This document shows, piece by piece, positions 26,894-32,000 of a DNA stretch of 32,000 bases (positions are counted from its first letter, which is position 1; each line of letters opens with the position of its first letter). Under the pieces are notes generated by a model. The model did no database searches, was not told the DNA's origin, and saw only the letters and a list, made by a program, of their open reading frames with translations. The DNA lies in assembly GCA_015257795.3 (NCBI GenBank), contig CP072208.2, positions 600,001 through 632,000 on the forward strand. Reading direction: 5' to 3'. Source of the DNA: Candidatus Nanogingivalaceae bacterium. GTDB taxonomy: Bacteria > Patescibacteriota > Saccharimonadia > Saccharimonadales > Saccharimonadaceae. A program made the translations under genes and the position numbers.

Positions 26894-28691
26894 TTTTATA
26901 CCTCTTAATAACCATAAATAACCCACAAGCTAAAAAGCTTAATCCGCTCACAATCGAACCAATTTTCGTCGCTGGACTTATACCATAATAAACTTCCAAG
27001 GCGCCATTTTGTCCCGGATTAAGTTTAACCGAAACCATTCGATTTTTATTCGAATAACTAGTTTTTACAAGTTTACCATTAAGTACAGCCTTAAAACCTG
27101 GATAATAAAACATTGGAAGCTCAATTTCGGCACCATTCTTATTTTCCGAAACCGCTAAACGCATTCTCGAACCTTTTTTCTCAAATCCAGAGATTTTTGC
27201 CGAACCGGAGATTACATCAGCTTTTTGTCCCTTTTCAGAAATAGTTTTCTTAACATATCCAGCAGCGGTTGCAGAAATATCCTTTACATTCTCAACTTTT
27301 GGAAATATCGGTTGATATTCTCCCATTGCGATACTAATACCGTCGACTAAATTATAATCAACCCCAACATTCATCGGTAAAGAAACCTTCCCTGGTTCAA
27401 TTGCACTTGTTGTGATGTGGATATATGAAATCGATGCAATTGCGGCGGCAATCATTATCTCACGCTTATTTTTGAGCTTTTCACCAATAAAATACCCTGC
27501 CACAAAAGGCAAAAGAACAGATTGAATAATTAACATCCGCTGACTAAATTGCAACATACTATGAAAATTTTGAACCGCCGGGACAAATGCAAAGATTCTT
27601 GTTGAAAAAAGCACAAAAATTGCCGAAATTATAATTGACATCATTGAGAAACGGCGATAATTTTCATTTTTTATATCTTTTCGAAAAACCAAAAAACCAA
27701 TAGTTAGAACCAATAATACTGGACTTAAACCAAACACAACTGAAGCATGTCCAGCCGGTGGACGGAACATATTAGTTGGCAACCAAGCGTCAGCAGGAGT
27801 GACTTGCGATCCATTCACATAAAACCATTTTTGAAAATCAGGATTGAAAATATTGTAAATTCCTACTTCTCGAACCTCAAGAAACGGCAAAATAAAAATC
27901 GCAGAAAATCCAACGGCCAAAATTCCAGCCAAAATTAGCGAAAATAGAATTTTTGGCTTCGAAAATACCTTTCGAATATTGAAAACCACAAAAAGTGCTG
28001 CCATCGCTGCGATTAAAACGGCGGTCAAATTATGATTCATAATAATCCCGAAAGCAGAAAACGCAAGCATAAAAATACGCTTAAAATCAGTTTTACTCTC
28101 AAAAATAATCTGATAAATTGCTAGAATTATAAACGGAATGAATGCAAACGCTAAATATTCGCTAAACGAGCCGCGAGTTAGTAATTCACCCACATGAAAC
28201 GGCTCAAGTGTAAAAAATAGGGCTGTAAAAAATCCAGCTTTTTCGCTTTTAAAAATCTTTTTCGAGGCATAATACGCGCCAAAAGTTGTTGCGATTGTTG
28301 CAACCAGCATTAAAAACATTAAAGATATTTGCAAATTTGATGTAATTTTAAAGACAACCAAAACTAACCAACTCAACATTGGGCCGTAAAACAAATTTGG
28401 CGCCTGACCAAAGCCTTGAAGCTGATCAGCGTCAAGCTGGAGGAACTTTTGCCCATCATCAAAGGCAGAAATTGAAGTCGCAAATCTATATAGATGATAA
28501 TTACCATCGTGGGTTTTTATTAAATTACCTGGTCCCACATACATAAATGAGACCAGTATTAGATCAACAATGATTAAAGTTAAGAAAAATGGATTTGAGA
28601 AAAACGATTTTAAGTTTTTCCACACTTTTCTCGAGCCACTCAAAATATTTTTTGTAGATTTTTTTGAGATTTTTCTAGCATTAATTTTCAT
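26883..28691 (-). CDS. Large polytopic membrane protein, putative GT-C-fold glycosyltransferase (YfhO / PTPS-related membrane protein-like)
   Basis: 602 aa with about 12 TM helices and a soluble C-terminal domain of about 180 aa. The first extracytoplasmic loop carries THDGNYHLYRF…GQAPNLFYGPMLSW, which resembles the D-x2-FH-x2-R loop of YfhO-like proteins. The family assignment is tentative. Confidence 0.6.
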   Translation of the reverse strand: MKINARKISKKSTKNILSGSRKVWKNLKSFFSNPFFLTLIIVDLILVSFMYVGPGNLIKTHDGNYHLYRFATSISAFDDGQKFLQLDADQLQGFGQAPNLFYGPMLSWLVLVVFKITSNLQISLMFLMLVATIATTFGAYYASKKIFKSEKAGFFTALFFTLEPFHVGELLTRGSFSEYLAFAFIPFIILAIYQIIFESKTDFKRIFMLAFSAFGIIMNHNLTAVLIAAMAALFVVFNIRKVFSKPKILFSLILAGILAVGFSAIFILPFLEVREVGIYNIFNPDFQKWFYVNGSQVTPADAWLPTNMFRPPAGHASVVFGLSPVLLVLTIGFLVFRKDIKNENYRRFSMMSIIISAIFVLFSTRIFAFVPAVQNFHSMLQFSQRMLIIQSVLLPFVAGYFIGEKLKNKREIMIAAAIASISYIHITTSAIEPGKVSLPMNVGVDYNLVDGISIAMGEYQPIFPKVENVKDISATAAGYVKKTISEKGQKADVISGSAKISGFEKKGSRMRLAVSENKNGAEIELPMFYYPGFKAVLNGKLVKTSYSNKNRMVSVKLNPGQNGALEVYYGISPATKIGSIVSGLSFLACGLFMVIKRYKNAK

Positions 28692-31239
28692 TCAAAACCT
28701 TCTTAATCTCGTCAATTACAAAATATTCAGAATGCGTAGCCTTTTCAGCAATTTCTTCTGACACTTTTGACATTTTAGCGAGCTTATCGTTTGAAGTTTT
28801 TTCTAGATTTAGACTTTCTTCTATTGCATCACAAAGTGTTTGATAATCATCGTTTCGAACAGCCCAACCATTACCACCATCGATTAGTTGTTCCTCTTGA
28901 CCATAACAATCATTTCGAATAATCGGATGACCAAATGCCATACCTTCATAAACAAAAATTCCCATTGACTCATGATAAGAGTAGCAAATTGTCATATTAG
29001 CTTCTTCCACAAAATCTAGAACTTTTGCTCTCGGAATTTGTCCTACAATTTCACATTTTCCATCTAATCCCTTGGCAGAAACCTCCATTTGTTTTTTAAT
29101 ATATCCAGCTTCATCGACACCAATAAATTTCAAACTAAAATCACGATATGTTTTAGGGTTTTTCTTATAGAAATTGTTATAGAAATTCAAGAATGCATAA
29201 AGAATTGGCAACTGTCCTTTTCGGCCATCAGAAACCGCTCCAGTAACGATAAAGTCAAGTTTTTCGAAGTCTTCAGGATCTTTAACTGCAAATCGATCAC
29301 TCGGAAAATCAAATCTAAAGTTCATAACTTCCGTATTTTTATCTGTTCCGAAGAATTCTTTATAAGCTTCCGCACTGCCTTTCGATACGGCATAAAGTTT
29401 AGCTTTATTACTTTCAAGAAGTTTAACAAATTCATCCCTTGTATCCAAATCTACAAATCTTTCAGGAGTAGCTTCATGGCCATACCAATAAAAAGCATCA
29501 AGGGTATTGTTTTTAGCAGCCTGAATTGTTGAATGTGTAACAGCCCTAGAAAGTCCAAAACTATTTAGAATAACTATATCACCCTTATTGTAGTTCAACC
29601 AAAGGTTTCTATCTGTGTAAATTTCAACTTCGATACCAGCTTTCTTTAATTCTCGAACATTTTCAATATTAATTGGCGTAAAGGCAATAAATTTTAATTT
29701 TCGCCCAAGATTTTTAACCTGTTTTTGGATATCGAAAGCCAAATCCATTGCGACAAATGGAGCGCCCGTATTATCAAGTTGGTGAGATACAATAATTATC
29801 TTTGGTTTTTTATCGATATTAGAAACTGTTTTTCTCTTGATTTTTCGAACAACTTTGTCTGTTGCTATTTTATATGTTGCCGCGAATCCGTTGTTTTTGT
29901 AATATCGTAGGGCTTTACCTGTGATTCGTCGTGCTTTATTTTTAGCTCGAACAATTCTGCTTCCACTTGCATTTTGAAGCACTGGCGAATTCAGAATTTC
30001 AACTTCCTTCAAAAGCCCCGCGTCGGCAGGTTTATAACCTTTAGAAATTAGTTTACTTAGATTTTCAGTAACTTTATCCCAATAAAATAGTCTTCTAACT
30101 TTTGAAAGATTTGTTGAAACTTGTTTGAGAGTTTCTTTATCTTTCGAAATTTTAATAATCTCTTTTTCGATAGTTTTTGCATCAAGATCTGGCAAAATAT
30201 AAACCGCTTTATTTGCTTCCAAAATATCACTCATTGGGTCACCGCCGTTCGTAACAATTGGTAGGTCGGCCCAAACATAATCAACCAACCGCGTTCTCCA
30301 AGCGAGCGTATTCTCCATTCCAATATTGTTAATCAGCACTACAGCATCACTTCCAAGATACCATTCAGCCCTATCTTCAAATTTAACCCAATCAGTAATA
30401 TGAACGATTTCATCCATATTATTATTTTTAATATAGTCCATGACCTCTTCGTATCTTTTTATGAAATCTGGGTGTTGATTGAATGGATTTTTAACTCCAA
30501 CCATGATTAATTCAATTGGTGTTGTTTTATTGGCATTTTTAACAGCCTCGAGTAGATTAGTGAGATCAAACCAAGGGTAAATTCCACCAAACCACAACAG
30601 TTTGAAAGCCTTTTTATTCTTAACAAGTTTCGATACTGGATCATTCTTAGCTACCGCTTTTTCTCGATAAATACCATAAGGAACAATCTGAATTAGATCT
30701 TCATCACCATAAGTTATTGGATTTATTCGGCCAACTTGCGCCATCACGCCTGTGTAAAATTTCTTTTGAGCTTCGTTTGCACATAGCAAAATATCACCTC
30801 TTCTCAAGGCTTTTGTCCATATCTTATTTTCGAAATTAAACGCATCATATTCACGATCAAGGTTATCTGAATTTCGTGCAGACATCTCAATGTGAATAGG
30901 AACATACCCATCCAATATTAACTGCTGATCTTGACGTATATTATCAACAACTGTTTGCGTTATATCTCCAGCATTATAACTAACAAGAACTGAATCAAAT
31001 TCTTGAATTTTCTCTGCCAATGTCGATATTTCCCAAGTAGAAATTTTAATACCATTTAATTCATCCGTAAAATTATCTTGTTTAAAAACTTGGTTATATG
31101 AAACTTCAACTTCATACTTATCTTTTGAATTATTTTGAAGTCCATTCGCTAGCCCCCAAGCTCTCAATCCACCACCTTCAACATTTTTAATTTCTGGTGC
31201 TGGAACTGGACCATTCGAAATGATTAAAATTTTTTTCAT
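28681..31239 (-). CDS. Two-module glycosyltransferase (tandem GT-B/GT4-like domains)
   Basis: 852 aa. Module 1 starts MKKILIISNGPVPAP…GGGLRAWGLANGL. Module 2 starts near residue 490 (PKIIIVSHQLDNTGAPFVAMDLAF) and ends with the GT4-type block ESMGIFVYEGMAFGHPIIRNDCYGQEEQLIDGGNGW. A TAATG overlap links it to the upstream gene. SD AAGGAG. Confidence 0.85.
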   Translation of the reverse strand: MKKILIISNGPVPAPEIKNVEGGGLRAWGLANGLQNNSKDKYEVEVSYNQVFKQDNFTDELNGIKISTWEISTLAEKIQEFDSVLVSYNAGDITQTVVDNIRQDQQLILDGYVPIHIEMSARNSDNLDREYDAFNFENKIWTKALRRGDILLCANEAQKKFYTGVMAQVGRINPITYGDEDLIQIVPYGIYREKAVAKNDPVSKLVKNKKAFKLLWFGGIYPWFDLTNLLEAVKNANKTTPIELIMVGVKNPFNQHPDFIKRYEEVMDYIKNNNMDEIVHITDWVKFEDRAEWYLGSDAVVLINNIGMENTLAWRTRLVDYVWADLPIVTNGGDPMSDILEANKAVYILPDLDAKTIEKEIIKISKDKETLKQVSTNLSKVRRLFYWDKVTENLSKLISKGYKPADAGLLKEVEILNSPVLQNASGSRIVRAKNKARRITGKALRYYKNNGFAATYKIATDKVVRKIKRKTVSNIDKKPKIIIVSHQLDNTGAPFVAMDLAFDIQKQVKNLGRKLKFIAFTPINIENVRELKKAGIEVEIYTDRNLWLNYNKGDIVILNSFGLSRAVTHSTIQAAKNNTLDAFYWYGHEATPERFVDLDTRDEFVKLLESNKAKLYAVSKGSAEAYKEFFGTDKNTEVMNFRFDFPSDRFAVKDPEDFEKLDFIVTGAVSDGRKGQLPILYAFLNFYNNFYKKNPKTYRDFSLKFIGVDEAGYIKKQMEVSAKGLDGKCEIVGQIPRAKVLDFVEEANMTICYSYHESMGIFVYEGMAFGHPIIRNDCYGQEEQLIDGGNGWAVRNDDYQTLCDAIEESLNLEKTSNDKLAKMSKVSEEIAEKATHSEYFVIDEIKKVLNEN

Positions 31240-32000
31240 TATTTCTCCTTACTACTATCTTTATGAATAATCTTATGTAGACCAAACCACTTTCGGTTTT
31301 CTAGTTCTTCAATATTATTCTCTAAATTTTTTACATTATTTTCATGATGCTTAATGATTAGCCCTTGCTCATCTATAAACTTCTGTCTATCACTTAATAG
31401 CTTGTTCCGCTCTAAAATTGAAATCTCTTTTTCCGCAAGATAGTTTTCAAGTGTGGTTTGTTTTTCTAAGAGCTCCTTAATCGCCTGTAAAAAATTAACT
31501 TTTTCTTGATATTTTTGTAAAAATTTTATCTGCGTTTGAAGTAGTCGCTGGTTTCTTTCTTGAATTCTCGAAAGATCTTCTGGATGGGAGTCTGATCCTG
31601 TAGTAAACCTATATGCAACCATTGGCTCTTCTATTGTTGAAAGTTTGGTCTTAACAAATAATTCCAGTTGGATATCAAATGTATCATCAGGAGTTTTAGT
31701 ATCAAGTGTATTGTTTATTTCCTTCATTAGTTCAGTATTAACTAACCATGTTGAAGCATTTGTAAAACCTTTAGAAATTAACATCTCAGTAAAATCTTCG
31801 GGCATTTTTACAAATTTTTCAGCGAAAGACTTTTTAAAAAGAATTTCCCCTTCCTCATTCTCAGTTTGAAATTCAGTATTACACCATTTCGAATCTTTAT
31901 TACTCTCGAGAAGATCGACTTGTTTTTGTAGCTTATCTTTTTTAATCCAATAATCATCACCGTCGCACCGAGCTATATATTTGCCTCGAGCCTTATTACA
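31239..32000 (-). CDS. Glycosyltransferase family 2 with a C-terminal coiled-coil extension (5' end beyond the window)
   Basis: The reading frame stays open to the window edge. Hand translation of 31806-32000 gives …ARGKYIARCDGDDYWIKKDKLQKQVDLLESNKDSKWCNTEF…, the classic GT2 DxD region. The track ORF (M at 31805) is therefore only the C-terminal part. Nucleotides 31281-31580 encode a heptad-rich region. Confidence 0.8.
   Translation of the reverse strand, partial: CNKARGKYIARCDGDDYWIKKDKLQKQVDLLESNKDSKWCNTEFQTENEEGEILFKKSFAEKFVKMPEDFTEMLISKGFTNASTWLVNTELMKEINNTLDTKTPDDTFDIQLELFVKTKLSTIEEPMVAYRFTTGSDSHPEDLSRIQERNQRLLQTQIKFLQKYQEKVNFLQAIKELLEKQTTLENYLAEKEISILERNKLLSDRQKFIDEQGLIIKHHENNVKNLENNIEELENRKWFGLHKIIHKDSSKEK

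Noticed and set aside
29089-29910. 147-aa and 61-aa plus-strand ORFs inside the 852-aa glycosyltransferase gene
   Set aside because: They are antisense to a continuous 852-aa ORF with recognisable GT motifs. Their sequences are low-complexity F/I/K-rich and they have no SD.
1-32000. Search for tRNA, rRNA, CRISPR repeats, IS elements, integrases, toxin-antitoxin pairs or known defence genes
   Set aside because: No T-loop/cloverleaf candidates were found; TTCGAA sites were checked for a GGTTCGAATCC context and none match. No direct-repeat arrays were seen. No transposase, integrase or nuclease/ATPase defence-like ORFs were seen. All long ORFs are accounted for above.

Overview
This is a compact, AT-rich bacterial window. 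It is roughly 95% coding, and 30 of about 32 genes lie on the minus strand. Many start/stop codons overlap. The standard genetic code applies, since TGA is used as a stop (for example the ATGAATGA junction at 7936-7943). I saw no rRNA, tRNA, CRISPR array, transposase or integrase.

Gene content from left to right:
- A PadR / PspC-domain sensor / ABC-ATPase envelope-stress-like operon (1-2236).
- Housekeeping genes: galE, uvrA, trmB and aspS, interleaved with small hypothetical envelope proteins.
- A CBS-domain membrane protein and a DsbA-like oxidoreductase.
- An arginine deiminase module, arcA / arcB / YfcC(DcuC)-type carrier (13439-17366), followed on the same strand by a small membrane protein and a TylF-like methyltransferase. 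No carbamate kinase is present.
- A divergent Cys-rich orphan ORF, then an MscS channel and a LexA-DNA-binding-domain-only protein.
- An envelope polysaccharide cluster of at least 12.8 kb (19170-32000). It contains an LCP ligase, a Wzy/O-antigen-ligase-like protein, a GT4, a WbaP-like initiating transferase, rfbA, a GT2, a GT-C-like membrane protein, an 852-aa double glycosyltransferase, and a GT2 with a coiled-coil tail.

The gene repertoire and architecture fit a reduced-genome monoderm-like organism such as Patescibacteria/CPR (Saccharibacteria-like). That taxonomic call is inference only.

The most unusual signals I could see directly:
1. The palindrome TTCGAA, mostly as TTTCGAAA, is massively over-represented in all reading frames and in intergenic DNA.
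2. A well-signalled 30-codon ORF sits in the only large non-coding gap.
3. A -10 box recurs 6-10 nt upstream of SD-less start codons, a leaderless-mRNA signature.
4. The arginine deiminase operon lacks arcC and has a palindrome-rich divergent control region.

I did not recognise a canonical defence or mobile system.
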